Below are positions 23,614 to 36,854 of a stretch of 64,000 nt of DNA, piece by piece (position 1 is the stretch's first letter; each line of letters begins with the position of its first letter). The notes beneath the pieces were generated by a model that did no database searches, was not told where the DNA came from, and worked only from the letters and a program-made list of their open reading frames with translations. The stretch lies in assembly GCF_001194135.2 (NCBI RefSeq), contig NC_068983.1, positions 13,451,038 through 13,515,037 on the forward strand. The letters run 5' to 3'. The stretch is from Octopus bimaculoides (lineage: Eukaryota). The translations under genes were made by a program, and so were the position numbers.

Positions 23614-24589
23614 TACATACGTACATACATACATACATACATACATGCATGCGTGCATACATACATACATACATACATACATTCATAGACGCATGCATGC
23701 ATACATACATACATCCATGCAAAGTGAGTGAACAACCAAAGGAAATTAGTACTCAACACAATTTATATCGAGTCTAGGGCCTTCATTAAATGGATTTCGA
23801 CATTTAATCAGTAGACATCTACGATATCAAATAAAGTGAAGTTGCCGGTCTGCCTTCTTGAAGCTGGAGAACTCTTTGATTAAATCCTTAAGCCCTTCTT
23901 ATATAAGTATTCCCAGGATAGTAACGTGTATGCTTTTACTTATAATACATGTCTCGCTCTTGGCAGGTAGATTATCCTACATTTAAGATTGGAAAGAAAG
24001 TTGGCTCTGTGGTTCTTATGCATTATACGGCGCGGTATGTTGTGGTAGTCCATGCGCTCTATCATAGGGAAGATGATTCGTTCCTTTGCATTCGTGTTTA
24101 TATCCTTATGAGTTGAGATTAGGTTTCATCTTATGCTTTTGTGATAGTATTTTATGCTTGCGTGATGGCCACTTTGTGTATGGTGTTGTTTCTTTCGTAC
24201 ATGTCCTTTGTTTTTTTGTTATGTGAATGTCTGTTATGTGATTGTTTAAAACGTGACATGGTACACAAACATTTTTAGATACAATTCCTTAAACTCTATG
24301 ACTGATCATAGCTCAGTCATAAGCCTCAGATTATATCTCAGATATAGGCCTTAATCATGGTTCAATCATACATCATTTATTATAGCCCAATCAACGTAAA
24401 CATCTTTAATGCAGTTGCATGATGCTAATCCAATATATTTCATTATTAATGGCCTAATTTGCCTTTCGCATTGTTTATCATCTGACAAAATTCCTAGGCT
24501 CTCATAACTTACAGTATGGCAGTATAAAATTATATTTTCCAGCCTATAGGATATGAAGGAAATTTGCATGGTTTGTGTTTGAGCAAAAT

Positions 24590-24976
24590 GTTGTTGTTGG
24601 CACTCCGTCGCCTACGACGTCGAGGGTTCTAGTTGATCCGATCAACGGAACAGCCTGCTCGTGAAATTAACGTGCAAGTGGCTGAGCACTCCACAGACAC
24701 GTGTACCCTTAACGTAGTTCTCGGGGATATTCAGCGTGACACAGTGTGACAAGGCTGACCCTTTGAATTACAGGCACAACAGAAACAGGAAGTAAGAGTG
24801 AGAGAAAGTTGTTGTGGAAGAGTACAGCAGGGTTCGCCACCATCCCCTGCCGGAGCTTCGTGGAGCTGTAGGTGTTTTTGCTCAATAATCACTCACAACA
24901 CCCGGTCTGGGAATCGAAACCGCGATCCTATGACCGCGAGTCCGCTGCCCTAACCACTGGGCCATTACGCCTCCAC
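24590..24976 (-). mobile_element. SINE family 3, full length with 13-bp TSD
   Basis: TSD GTTTGAGCAAAAT at 24577-24589 and 24977-24989. Confidence 0.95.
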
Positions 24977-26899
24977 GTTTGAGCAAAATATAATATGGTG
25001 TAAGAGCAGCAATAATGTTAAGGATTTAGCTTGCATTTTTCAACAAACAATACCATAAACCTATTGCACCATTTATCAGGGAGATCGTATAAAGCATGTA
25101 TTTCAAAAGTAAAGGTATTTTTAGATTTAGATATACATCGTTCATTTAAATAACACCTTTAATAATAAATTAGCTGATGCAAATTTGTTTATTTTGACGT
25201 CGTTTGTAGTAATAAGCAGGTATTGGCATAATGGACATACTACGCAAATGTTTCGTTCCTGATGATAATTGTTGATTATCAGGCAAGGTTTGATTTTATC
25301 GCTGTTGACACCATGATGATATCCATTTGGCAGCTGATGATGGGAATATATATTTGATATGCTTTAGGTGAATCTTTTATATCTGGGGATCTCGTTCTTC
25401 TGAGTTGTCCTTCATTCTCGTAAAGCTTAAAGTGTTTGTGGATTAATGGTTTATGATAGTTACTTGTACTGCTATTGACTGATTTACTTCATAGATAATC
25501 GTATAAAACTTGGATAACGCTTCGATAATAGTGTCTAGTTTAAGAGAGGTCCGGAGGCATATTAAAATCAATATATTTAAATAAAATAATGAATAGAGCA
25601 AAAATAGAAACTATGCAAATTGAGCCAAAGGCAAAGATAAATAAATAAATAAATAAATACGATGTCGATCTTGGTGGATTCGAACTAAGATAGACAAATA
25701 TGAATGCTATAACTCATTGCTGCAGACAGTTCTGCAAGTAATCTAAAATGTCAGTTGGAATACATGAAAACACTACAACGTAAGACGAGATAAACTACTT
25801 CAACAAAAATATCACTTTTATTTGAGTGTATAAGTATATGAGGCTGATAATCGCATGTGTGTGTACATGTGTCTTCATGCGTGCATGTGTGCATGTGTCT
25901 TCCTGTGTATATAAGTAAAACATACACACACAAACGGAAGCAAAATGTTAGGAAAATTTATTGTCCGAACTATATATCATTCGAGCGAATAATTATAGGA
26001 TTTCCATAAGCTACCGGAAGACTCCTATGTGTAAGAGTGTGTGCATGTAAGTTTCTACACATTTGGAGTTGTATTTATCTGATATATCACTATATACTCC
26101 AATGGATCATACTGGCAAGACCAACGAAATTATTGCGTCTCTCGGGCATAGATTTATCTCACTGAAATATATGTACCTATAGGTACTTGTGTTCGTATTT
26201 CTATGCGCACACATGCGTATTGATAAATTTATCTTTTATAAACCAAACCATTGAACCATAAGATTACTATGCTATTTTCCCAGGTCATTTTGCTCCCGCT
26301 ATAAGCAGTATTTTTCCAGCAATAATCTTTTACTTGTTCTCAAATATATTGCATCTTTTCTCTCCGTTCTATCAATTTCACAGTATCCTCACTCTCAACA
26401 GAAGATAATTCCTCAAAAATAGAATCCCCCGAATTCCTTTCCTTAAGAGATAAAAGATATTTTAAGACGTTTAGTTATAAAGGAAGAGAAAAAAAATCGC
26501 GCTTGCTTACTTCTTAAATGTGTATTTCATTCTCTGAAAGTTTCCAGATATCTAATTCTTCATCAGTTTTGAAGTGGAAGCAGATTTTCGAATCTCTATA
26601 TTTCTTTACTTGTTCTTTGATTTTTATGAGTTTCTTCTTCACACACACGACGAAATGGCAGGCTCGTTAAAGTATCCGATAAAATACTTTGTGTTATTTG
26701 TACCGGTTACCAGCGCTCTGAGTTCAAATTTTGCAGAGCAAGGGTCAAATCTTCCTTTTCATCCTTTTGAGGTCGATAAACAAAAAACTGGTGTATCACA
26801 TTGGACTAGAGTTATTGTTAGACCGTAGAACGAGATGCTTTATGATATTCGTTCTGGAAAACTGCGCTCTAAGTTCAAATCATGTTCACTGTCGCTGAC

Positions 26900-27840
26900 C
26901 TAATCGTGGCAAAAAGGGAAACGTAGCTAGTGAAGGCAGTAGAGGGTCTGCGCTGGGCGATGTTTTTATGGCTGCTGCATGCCTGTATAGAAAGCGGGAA
27001 TGGTAAACTCAAGGGCAGCCCCGAGTGGTCCACATTCCAGCACCGCCACGTGGAAGTGAGAACTCTGAGCCAAGTTAACGAGATTAGACCTCCAGTATCA
27101 GATAAAGCAATTTATCGATTGAACCAATATCTCGTATGCTTCAAAGAAGAAATAAGAGAATTCTGTATTTCAGTGGTACAAAGTCTTGCTCAAAGAATTC
27201 AATTCATTTGATATTTCAATAAGCTACCTTATTTAGAACTTTAGATGAAATCTAGATGTTCTATACTGCTTTCCAAAATAACAGGGGAAACTAGTTGCAA
27301 TGATCGATATTGATTGACCTTTGTTCCTTGACAGGATTGCACACACTTTAGTTTAGCCACCTCTGCGTGGTCAAGCTGTTTCTAGAAGCAGGTACCTAGC
27401 TCCAAATACACTTACCACCTCACTTCTCATGGATACACCACAAAAGAGTGACAAGATAACACGTTTGCAGTATTCATGGATCCGTAGGGGATCCCAGATA
27501 TTAAATATAATCGTACATATCTGCCTTAGAGCCCTCTACTCCCGATTTTCTGTCGGGATTTACTCCTTTAGCCTTTTTTTTAAAACACACAGTAAATTTC
27601 GCTCAAAGGAGGAGGGGTTTATTGTTATAGTGACTATAGTTTGCGTGAATTCAGTTTCATTCTCTCTTCCAGCAGACTTGTATTGGTCTGACACGAGCAC
27701 CACGATCTCAATGGTTATGAAGATGTAATATTTGTTTGGAGTTATCTTTTCTTAGATAAGCAGCTAAAGCGCTGAAGGGCCTCATCTGCCCAGTGCCTAT
27801 TGAGGTGTCTGTGAGTAACCTTCCTGGGGCAATCCGTGAC
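26900..27840 (-). mobile_element. Possible highly degenerate non-LTR reverse transcriptase
   Basis: Ordered fragments MKLNSRK, YDYI*YLGSP and LPRGGAG recall RT motifs 6, 7 and the GGLG motif. Many frameshifts. Confidence 0.3.
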
Positions 27841-27848
27841 ATGCTAAA

Positions 27849-28210
27849 ACTTTCTTCTCTTTCTTCTCCATCGGTTACGACGACGAGGGTTCCAGTTGAG
27901 CCGATCAACGAAACAGCCAGCTCGTGAAATTAACGTGCAAGTGGCTGAGCACTCCACAGACACGTGTACCCTTAACGTAGTTCTCGGGGATATTTAGCGT
28001 GACACAGAGTGTAACAAGGCTGGCCCCTTTGAAATACAGGAACAACAGAAACAGGAAGAAACAGTGAGAGAAAGTTGTGGTGAAAGAGTACAGCAGGGTT
28101 CACCACCACCCACTGTCGGAGCGTCATGGAGCTTCCCGGTCTGGGAATCGAAACCGCAATCCTACATCCGCGAGTCCGCTGCCCTAACCACTGGGCCATT
28201 TCGCCTTCAC
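27849..28210 (-). mobile_element. SINE family 3 with internal deletion and 11-bp TSD
   Basis: TSD GACATGCTAAA at 27838-27848 and 28211-28221. Confidence 0.9.
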
Positions 28211-28450
28211 GACATGCTAAATAATTCATTGCAGGAACGCTGACTGGTGCTGCTACTCCGGATCAGAGTAACCCTGAGAACAATAATGGCTAAGTGATGG
28301 TTCCACACTCTAAAACCCTAGAACTCGTGGTCTAAGGACGTAGTACCGGATGTGGTTGAGTCATATCCACGAAATGATTGATATTACAGGAATAAAAATA
28401 TCATTCGTGTTCATGTTTATAATTGCTTTTATCGGAAAAAAATATCAAGA

Positions 28451-28521
28451 TGTATGTATGTATGTATGTATGTATGTATGTATGTATGTATGTATGTATG
28501 TATGTATGTATGTATGTATAT
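28451..28521. repeat. (TATG)n microsatellite
   Basis: Direct reading. Confidence 0.95.
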
Positions 28522-28689
28522 GGTCGTGCAACTTTGGTGTTCTTATGGGTATGCATAAATACTTGAATGTCTATGTTTAGGTTTATTGTGCTGATAATAA
28601 CAGGATGTTTTTCATAACATTTAGCGTGAAATCGTTCGATACACAATTAAATGAAAGATCTTATTTATTATTCTTCTTCTGCCCGTTTA

Positions 28690-28928
28690 CAACCTGTGCT
28701 GAAGGTGTAGTATGTGTCTATGTGTGTGCGGCTTTGTGTTTCTGTTTGTCCTCCCTTTCACTGCTTGATGACCGGTGTTGTGTTTAGGTCCCCGTAACAT
28801 AGCAGGTCGGGTAAAGAGCCGATAGTATAAATACTAGGCTTAAAACAAATAAGACCTGGGCTCGATTTGATGGACTAAAAACCTCCAGCATGGCCTTAAT
28901 CGAAGGACTGAAGTAAGTAAAAGAATAA
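28690..28928 (+). mobile_element. SINE family 2, 3' half
   Basis: GCTTGATGACCGGTG..GTCCCCGTAAC..CTCCAGCATGGCC..AGTAAAAGAATA. Confidence 0.75.
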
Positions 28929-29030
28929 CAGAACATATGTGTGTGTGGGTGTGTGTGTATGTGTGTGTGTGTGTGTGTGAGGATCAAAAACCATCTGTAG
29001 CTATACGCTTATAGGTTTCTTGAATTCTGT

Positions 29031-29210
29031 GGTGTTTATACCCCCATCCACTGGACGGGATGCCGGTCACTCTTAAGATTACTTTTGCCATGTGAGTATA
29101 CTAGAGCAACGGGAAATGAAACGTTTTGCTCAAGAGGGTAACGAATTGCTCGGTCCAGGAATAGAATCCATAAACTTACGATCGTTTGCGCAAACGTAAC
29201 CACTAGGCCA
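29031..29210 (-). mobile_element. SINE family 4
   Basis: Shares CTGGACGGGA(C/T)GCC..TTTTGCCA..GAGCAAC..AAATGAA..TTTTGCTCAAG with 35541-35784. Confidence 0.7.
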
Positions 29211-29316
29211 AAGTGTGTGTGTGTGTGTGTTTCAATATGTATATATATGGTATATATGTATTCATATGCACACATGTACATACATTCACATATGCTTGCA
29301 TGCGAGTGTGTATGTA

Positions 29317-29361
<45 letters not shown>

Positions 29362-30359
29362 NNNNNNNNNNNNNNNNNNNNNNNNNNNNNNNNNNNNNNN
29401 NNNNNNNNNNNNNNNNNNNNNNNNNNNNNNNNNNNNNNNNNNNNNNNNNNNNNNNNNNNNNNNNNNNNNNNNNNNNNNNNNNNNNNNNNNNNNNNNNNNN
29501 NNNNNNNNNNNNNNNNNNNNNNNNNNNNNNNNNNNNNNNNNNNNNNNNNNNNNNNNNNNNNNNNNNNNNNNNNNNNNNNNNNNNNNNNNNNNNNNNNNNN
29601 NNNNNNNNNNNNNNNNNNNNNNNNNNNNNNNNNNNNNNNNNNNNNNNNNNNNNNNNNNNNNNNNNNNNNNNNNNNNNNNNNNNNNNNNNNNNNNNNNNNN
29701 NNNNNNNNNNNNNNNNNNNNNNNNNNNNNNNNNNNNNNNNNNNNNNNNNNNNNNNNNNNNNNNNNNNNNNNNNNNNNNNNNNNNNNNNNNNNNNNNNNNN
29801 NNNNNNNNNNNNNNNNNNNNNNNNNNNNNNNNNNNNNNNNNNNNNNNNNNNNNNNNNNNNNNNNNNNNNNNNNNNNNNNNNNNNNNNNNNNNNNNNNNNN
29901 NNNNNNNNNNNNNNNNNNNNNNNNNNNNNNNNNNNNNNNNNNNNNNNNNNNNNNNNNNNNNNNNNNNNNNNNNNNNNNNNNNNNNNNNNNNNNNNNNNNN
30001 NNNNNNNNNNNNNNNNNNNNNNNNNNNNNNNNNNNNNNNNNNNNNNNNNNNNNNNNNNNNNNNNNNNNNNNNNNNNNNNNNNNNNNNNNNNNNNNNNNNN
30101 NNNNNNNNNNNNNNNNNNNNNNNNNNNNNNNNNNNNNNNNNNNNNNNNNNNNNNNNNNNNNNNNNNNNNNNNNNNNNNNNNNNNNNNNNNNNNNNNNNNN
30201 NNNNNNNNNNNNNNNNNNNNNNNNNNNNNNNNNNNNNNNNNNNNNNNNNNNNNNNNNNNNNNNNNNNNNNNNNNNNNNNNNNNNNNNNNNNNNNNNNNNN
30301 NNNNNNNNNNNNNNNNNNNNNNNNNNNNNNNNNNNNNNNNNNNNNNNNNNNNNNNNNNN

Positions 30360-30418
<59 letters not shown>

Positions 30419-30459
30419 ATATACGTATTTATGTATGAATGTATGTAAATATGTACACC

Positions 30460-30492
<33 letters not shown>

Positions 30493-30696
30493 GTATATAT
30501 ATGAAGTATATATGTGCATATACTCATATGTGTGTGTGTGTGTGTGTGTTTTATCTTTGCATGGCTTCTTGCACATTTATATATTTATTTTATATTTTTT
30601 TTATTTAGTAATGTAAAGCGAAGAACGCTAAAATAATGCCAAAGGTTAATAGCGAAAATCAGAAAGTGTAAGAGAGAAAAAGAAAGAGACAGAAAG

Positions 30697-30753
<57 letters not shown>

Positions 30754-31734
30754 NNNNNNNNNNNNNNNNNNNNNNNNNNNNNNNNNNNNNNNNNNNNNNN
30801 NNNNNNNNNNNNNNNNNNNNNNNNNNNNNNNNNNNNNNNNNNNNNNNNNNNNNNNNNNNNNNNNNNNNNNNNNNNNNNNNNNNNNNNNNNNNNNNNNNNN
30901 NNNNNNNNNNNNNNNNNNNNNNNNNNNNNNNNNNNNNNNNNNNNNNNNNNNNNNNNNNNNNNNNNNNNNNNNNNNNNNNNNNNNNNNNNNNNNNNNNNNN
31001 NNNNNNNNNNNNNNNNNNNNNNNNNNNNNNNNNNNNNNNNNNNNNNNNNNNNNNNNNNNNNNNNNNNNNNNNNNNNNNNNNNNNNNNNNNNNNNNNNNNN
31101 NNNNNNNNNNNNNNNNNNNNNNNNNNNNNNNNNNNNNNNNNNNNNNNNNNNNNNNNNNNNNNNNNNNNNNNNNNNNNNNNNNNNNNNNNNNNNNNNNNNN
31201 NNNNNNNNNNNNNNNNNNNNNNNNNNNNNNNNNNNNNNNNNNNNNNNNNNNNNNNNNNNNNNNNNNNNNNNNNNNNNNNNNNNNNNNNNNNNNNNNNNNN
31301 NNNNNNNNNNNNNNNNNNNNNNNNNNNNNNNNNNNNNNNNNNNNNNNNNNNNNNNNNNNNNNNNNNNNNNNNNNNNNNNNNNNNNNNNNNNNNNNNNNNN
31401 NNNNNNNNNNNNNNNNNNNNNNNNNNNNNNNNNNNNNNNNNNNNNNNNNNNNNNNNNNNNNNNNNNNNNNNNNNNNNNNNNNNNNNNNNNNNNNNNNNNN
31501 NNNNNNNNNNNNNNNNNNNNNNNNNNNNNNNNNNNNNNNNNNNNNNNNNNNNNNNNNNNNNNNNNNNNNNNNNNNNNNNNNNNNNNNNNNNNNNNNNNNN
31601 NNNNNNNNNNNNNNNNNNNNNNNNNNNNNNNNNNNNNNNNNNNNNNNNNNNNNNNNNNNNNNNNNNNNNNNNNNNNNNNNNNNNNNNNNNNNNNNNNNNN
31701 NNNNNNNNNNNNNNNNNNNNNNNNNNNNNNNNNN

Positions 31735-32088
31735 CGCGGTCGTAGGATCGCGGTTTCTATTCCCAGACCGGGCGTTGTGAGTGTTTATTGAGCGAAAACA
31801 CCTAAAGCTCCATGAGACTCCAGCAGGGGGATGGTGGCAAACCCTGCTGTACTCATCCACCACAACTTCCTCTCACTCTTTCTTCCTCTTCCTGTTTCTG
31901 TTGTGCCTGTATTTCAAAGAGCCAGCCTTGTCACACTCTCTGTCACGCTGAATCTCCCTGAGAACTACGTTAAGGGTACACGTGTCTGTGGAATTCTCAG
32001 CCACTTGCACGTAAATTTCACGAGCAGGCTGTTCCGTTGATCGGATCAACTGGAACCCTCGTCGTCGTAACCGACGGAGTGCCAACAA
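31735..32088 (+). mobile_element. SINE family 3 (5' end lost in gap)
   Basis: Body and GACGGAGTGCCAACAAC tail. Confidence 0.9.
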
Positions 32089-32357
32089 CTTTCAAGACGG
32101 TAATGTGTGTTTTGTGGGAGATTTGACTGCTATATCTTGTCGGTCGAACGAACGTTACTACACTGGATCTTACCCTTTACTTTTACTGATTAATCTGTTT
32201 GCGTATGTCTTTTGTTTTTCCTTTTTTTTCCCCTTTTTTTTTGTCATTGTTGTTTTTGCTGTTGTTTTTGTTTTCGCCGACACTAACATGTTTTCACCGT
32301 TACTTTGAATTTTCGTGAGAGTTCACTCCTAAATCAGCTCTGAACAAGTAGAGCTAT

Positions 32358-32745
32358 CTCTTTTACTTGTTTCAGTCATTTTACTGTGGCCATGCTGGAG
32401 CACCGCATTTAGTCGAGTAAGTCGACCCCCAGGACTTATTCTTTGTAAGCCTAGTACTTATTCTATCGGTCACTTTTGCCGAACCGCTAAGTTACAGGGA
32501 CGTAAATATACCAGCATCGGTTGTCAAGCAATGTTGGGGGGACAGACCCAGACACAAATATATACACACATATACATATATACGACGGGCTTCTTTCAGT
32601 TTCCGTCTACGAAATCCACTCACAAGGCTTTGGTCGGCCCGAGGCTATAGTAGAAGACACTTGCCCAAGATGCTACGCAGTGGGACTGAACCCGGAACCA
32701 TGTGGTTGGTAAACAAAAGCTACTTACCACACAGCCACTCCTACG
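32358..32745 (-). mobile_element. SINE family 2, full length
   Basis: Reverse complement of the 41727-42147 copy. Confidence 0.9.
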
Positions 32746-33419
32746 CCTATGATCAAAAATTCCTCGGCCATGACTTGTTGTGTCCGTCCCTCTTTTTTAA
32801 AACTAAAAAAGCATGTAGTCTTAAGGAGATTAAGCTAATTGGTTGCTATTTTTAGCAGCTCAGTTTACTACATACAGACTTATCGTATTGACTCGTTACA
32901 TTACATAAACATAGACACGTAATGCCCTAATTTTAACTAAACTTCCTGCTTTCTTTCCAGGTGTGTGTCAGGATCAGATTTAGAATATCATTGAAAATTT
33001 CAACACAGAAACAAATAATAAAACAACATAGAAAAAATTTGGACTAAAAAAAGAAGAAAAAAGCAGCAGTTGTTCCCGGAATATTCAGTTTAAAATGTTT
33101 TAAATGTCAAAGCAAATTGTAACTCCTCTCTTCCTGCAAAGCATAAATCTGAAATATAATATAAGCATCTGTCATTTTAATGTAAATTTGAGATTGCTTA
33201 CGTAATGGCGGTGTTTCTCCTGTATATTCCTCTCAAGGGTACAATAAACCTTGATTTTACTTGCTTGATGAGTGTCTGAGTAAGGCCATAAAGAAATTTA
33301 TTATCGATTAAGATCAACAAAAATCTATAGAGCATATCAATAGAAACACAGGTGTACTTATAGTGTGCATGATGGATTAACGGAGAATCTTGCATCTCTC
33401 GATATAAAAACATTTCTCA

Positions 33420-33800
33420 TGGCACTAGCAGACAAAATGGTAAAAGCGTTGCCTTGGAGGATAATGAGGGAGTTGCACTGAAACAGCCACTCTGCCTCAC
33501 GGGGGTCCTACTTGTGGACAGCAGTCTCCACTCCCCCCCCCCAATAGCGGTGAACAGTGATATGGTCCGGGGGCAAGAATGCCAGAGGTCTTAACTGCCA
33601 CAAGCTCAACTATAAACCTACCGGAGAGCGACCGGTACCTCAATTTACTTTTCTCAGCTTCACGGGCACCAGAGCCTGGGCCGATGAATTCAGGATCAGT
33701 CTGTGTCAACTGGATCCAGAATGCGGCTAATGAACAAATCTATGAAAAACCCCCGTCTTCTCGGTCGCCTTCTATGTAAAATCGAGAGCCTACATGTCTA
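33420..33800 (-). mobile_element. Second CRE-like RLE non-LTR remnant
   Basis: GSGAREAEKSKLRYRSLSGRFIVELVAVKTSGIL, then after a frameshift AEWLFQCNSLIILQGNAFTILSA. DNA homology to 12060-12260 (GATATGGTCCG..AGAATGCC, GAGAGCGACCG). Confidence 0.7.
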
Positions 33801-34015
33801 CAACATTCGGAATTACTCGTCAACTAAGCCATCATCTGGGAACCGACCCATGGGATGAAAATCTGTGGGTATCGGCCTCTAAAGTTGTAGCAAATAATTC
33901 TAATGGATCATAGTCATGCAGAGACTCCTAACGGATTTCGGAACATTTATGATGAAGCAGGCTATGTGGAATGCCTGTCAGGGTAACAGAACGTAAGTCG
34001 CAAGCCGTGGTCGAT

Positions 34016-34253
34016 TGATGATGATGATGGTGGTGGTGGTGGTTGTGGTGGTGGTGGTGATGGTGGTGATGGTGATGATGATGATGGTGGTGATGATGAT
34101 GGTGGTGATGATGGTGATGGTGATGATGATGGTGATGATGATGAGGAGGGGGAGGAGGGGTGGACGAGAACGATGATGATGATGATAACAATGGTTGTGG
34201 CGGTGACGGCGATGATGGTGACACTGGTGGTGCTGGTGAAGGAGCCGGTGGTG
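34016..34253. repeat. (GAT/GGT)n trinucleotide array
   Basis: Direct reading. Source of the spurious poly-His ORF. Confidence 0.9.
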
Positions 34254-35540
34254 NNNNNNNNNNNNNNNNNNNNNNNNNNNNNNNNNNNNNNNNNNNNNNN
34301 NNNNNNNNNNNNNNNNNNNNNNNNNNNNNNNNNNNNNNNNNNNNNNNNNNNNNNNNNNNNNNNNNNNNNNNNNNNNNNNNNNNNNNNNNNNNNNNNNNNN
34401 NNNNNNNNNNNNNNNNNNNNNNNNNNNNNNNNNNNNNNNNNNNNNNNNNNNNNNNNNNNNNNNNNNNNNNNNNTATGTATTGTGTACTTTTTCCATCGTT
34501 CATTATCAGACACACACACACGTACGAACACACAACCCCGAGATTCTCATTTTCTGTTCTCTTCTTCACGTGTGCGTATGCATTTATGTATGCATGCCTG
34601 TATGTATGTATAAATGTATGTATGTATGCATGTATATATATGTATAACGTATGTCTCACGTATGCATGTAAGCGCATGTATGTGGAGTGTGAATCAGTGA
34701 AATAGAAGAAGCGCTAAAAAATTATTACAGTATTTTTGTGGTGTATATACATGTAGGTGCATGCTTGTATATGTGTGTGTTTTGTGTGAATGTGGGCTGT
34801 TGCTGTTGGTGTGTGCGTGAGCGTAGAAGCAGCGTATGCGTAAGAGAGTTTGGTGTGTGCGCATGCGTAATGCATGGAACAACAAAAGATAGTTTTACCG
34901 AATTTCACCAACATGTGGTTTACATTAGAAACGACCTTTTTTCACTTAATATTCTTTTATTATTTTTTTTTCTAGATTGCCTCAGTTATTAATATTGTTA
35001 TTGTTGTAGTAATTATAGTCTTTTTTGTTGTTGTTGTTGTTGTCTTTGTTATTCTTAACTGTCTTGAATGCATGCGTTTTAACCCAGTTCTACTTAGAAG
35101 GTGTTTTCTTCCAGGATTACTTCATGAAAAAAAGAAAGACATTTTTTTCTTCTTTGTCTTGGTGCTTTTACCAACAGAATGTTTCAGAATATATAAAAGT
35201 TTACTTCCATTACTCTGGTGTAAATAAGAATATTCGGCTGTACACATTTTTTTTTTCTATTGTATACACATATTTCAGCAAATAACCGTTTTACTTCAAT
35301 TAATAGTGGTTCAATATGCCCGCTTCTGTAGTGCTGGAAGTAGATATTTGTCACGAAGACGAAGATAGTGAATACATCCCCCATACAAATATCTTTACAA
35401 ATAACCGTTTTGCTTCGATTATTAGTTGGTTCATAGGTCTAAGACTGTGAAAGTAGGTAGAATTAGATGTTAGATTTAACGGCTGGATTTAACGGTTTTC
35501 AAAAGACAATAGACAGTAAAATAATAATAAAATAAATGCG

Positions 35541-35784
35541 CCCTTTTAAAGCCTAGCTAGGCTCATGGGCCCGGTTTCCCGGTTTCAATGGCGTATGTGT
35601 TCCCCGGCTGGACGGGACGCCAGTCCATCGCAGCGTTACTCATTTTTGCCAGCTGAGTGGACTGGAGCAACGCGAAATGAAGGGTTTTGCTCAAGAACAC
35701 AACGCATCGCCCGGTCTAGGAATCGAAACCACAATCTTACGACCATGGTGCTGTCTCACTAACAACTAAGCCACGCGCCTTCAC
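35541..35784 (-). mobile_element. SINE family 4, near full length
   Basis: Minus strand: tRNA-like head with GTTTCGATTCC B-box, then TTGAGCAAAACCCTTCATTTCGCGTTGCTCCAGTCCACTCAGCTGGCAAAAATGAGTA. Confidence 0.8.
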
Positions 35785-35889
35785 AGACACTAAAATAGAC
35801 AGCAGAAATAGACAGTAAAACAAATGAGAATTAAAACACGAATTTAAATGAAAATGGATAAGGAGTCGAGAGAATTTGTATGAGTATAA

Positions 35890-36231
35890 AAGGCGGAGCG
35901 CTGGCAGAAACGTTAGCGCGCCGAGCAAAATGCTTAGTCATTTTGTCTGTCATTACGTTCTGAGTTCAAATTCCGACGAAGTCAACTATGTGTTTTAAGG
36001 CGGCGAGCTGGCAGAAACGTTAGCACGCCGGGCGAAATGCTTAGCGGTATTTCGTCTGCCGCTACGTTCTGAGTTCAAACTTCGCCGAGGTCGACTTTGC
36101 CTTTCATCCTTTCGGGGTCGATAAATTAAGTACCAGTTACGCACTGGGGTCGATCTAATCGACTTAATCCGTCTGTCTGTCCTTGTTTATACCCTCTATG
36201 TTTAGCTCCTTGTGGGCAATAAATAAATAAG
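35890..36231 (+). mobile_element. SINE family 1 dimer (partial + full long-tail) with 12-bp TSD
   Basis: TTGTATGAGTAT at 35876-35887 and 36234-36245. Confidence 0.9.
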
Positions 36232-36721
36232 AATTGTATGAGTATGAGGCAAAGTCATGGCAAAATATGACAGTGTAGAAATACCTTTGAGATTTCATAA
36301 TCCAATATGATCGTGAATTCAAACATCAGGAACCCGATGTTTTGCATCCAAGGCAAAACAATTGTACTTGATGATAAACATCGCTTGTCCTGGATATAAA
36401 TGACGAGATTATCTTTGATGAGATAATTCAAAACGCTATGGCTAATGAAAAAAGTGTATGGGGGGATTAATGGTGTTCATAATGTTTTTTCAATCTACGG
36501 AGAAATAGTTAGATTGATGCACCTTATAAATCTGTTACATAGATAACACAGACTCTATCATATTTTGATACTGTTCGGACCGAGATCTCTGTTGACAGGA
36601 CCCGGTTACAGAATAGTGTTAACACTTGCAGTATGCAAATTAGTTTTTTCTGGCTACTATAATTGTTGAGTATATAAACAGATTGGCTGCTTATGTCTCT
36701 GCAATTAGTCATATTGATGTA

Positions 36722-36775
36722 GACGACTCTGATGAGAGTTCAATAAGGTTCGAAAATTGATTCACGCTGTTCGTC
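36722..36775 (+). ncRNA. Degenerate hammerhead-like motif
   Basis: CTGATGA-GAGTT..GGTTC-GAAA-ATTGAT-TC. Stem I is weak. Confidence 0.35.
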
Positions 36776-36854
36776 ATTTATTTCAATCGACGAATAAATA
36801 GCTAAATTATCCTACTATATAGACTACATATGACTCCCTTACTTATTTATATTT

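Noticed and set aside
23780-25560. Possible PLE remnant on the minus strand (KYIGL in ORF 24366-24569)
   Set aside because: Motifs could not be placed in a convincing order by eye. A frameshift-aware HMM search is needed.
26535-26575. CTGATGA..GAAAC on the minus strand (also lone cores at 342, 25260, 42343, 52676)
   Set aside because: No stem I pairing, no proper stem II or no NUH site. Lone CUGANGA heptamers are expected by chance.
29036-31863. Long ORFs of 400-480 aa
   Set aside because: They read through N-gaps and (TA)n/(AG)n. The same applies to ORFs at 13006-13866, 33928-34705, 43448-44174 and 55243-56463.
33928-34677. Poly-His / Pro-rich protein
   Set aside because: Translation of a (GAT/GGT)n array next to a gap, with no splice or codon evidence.
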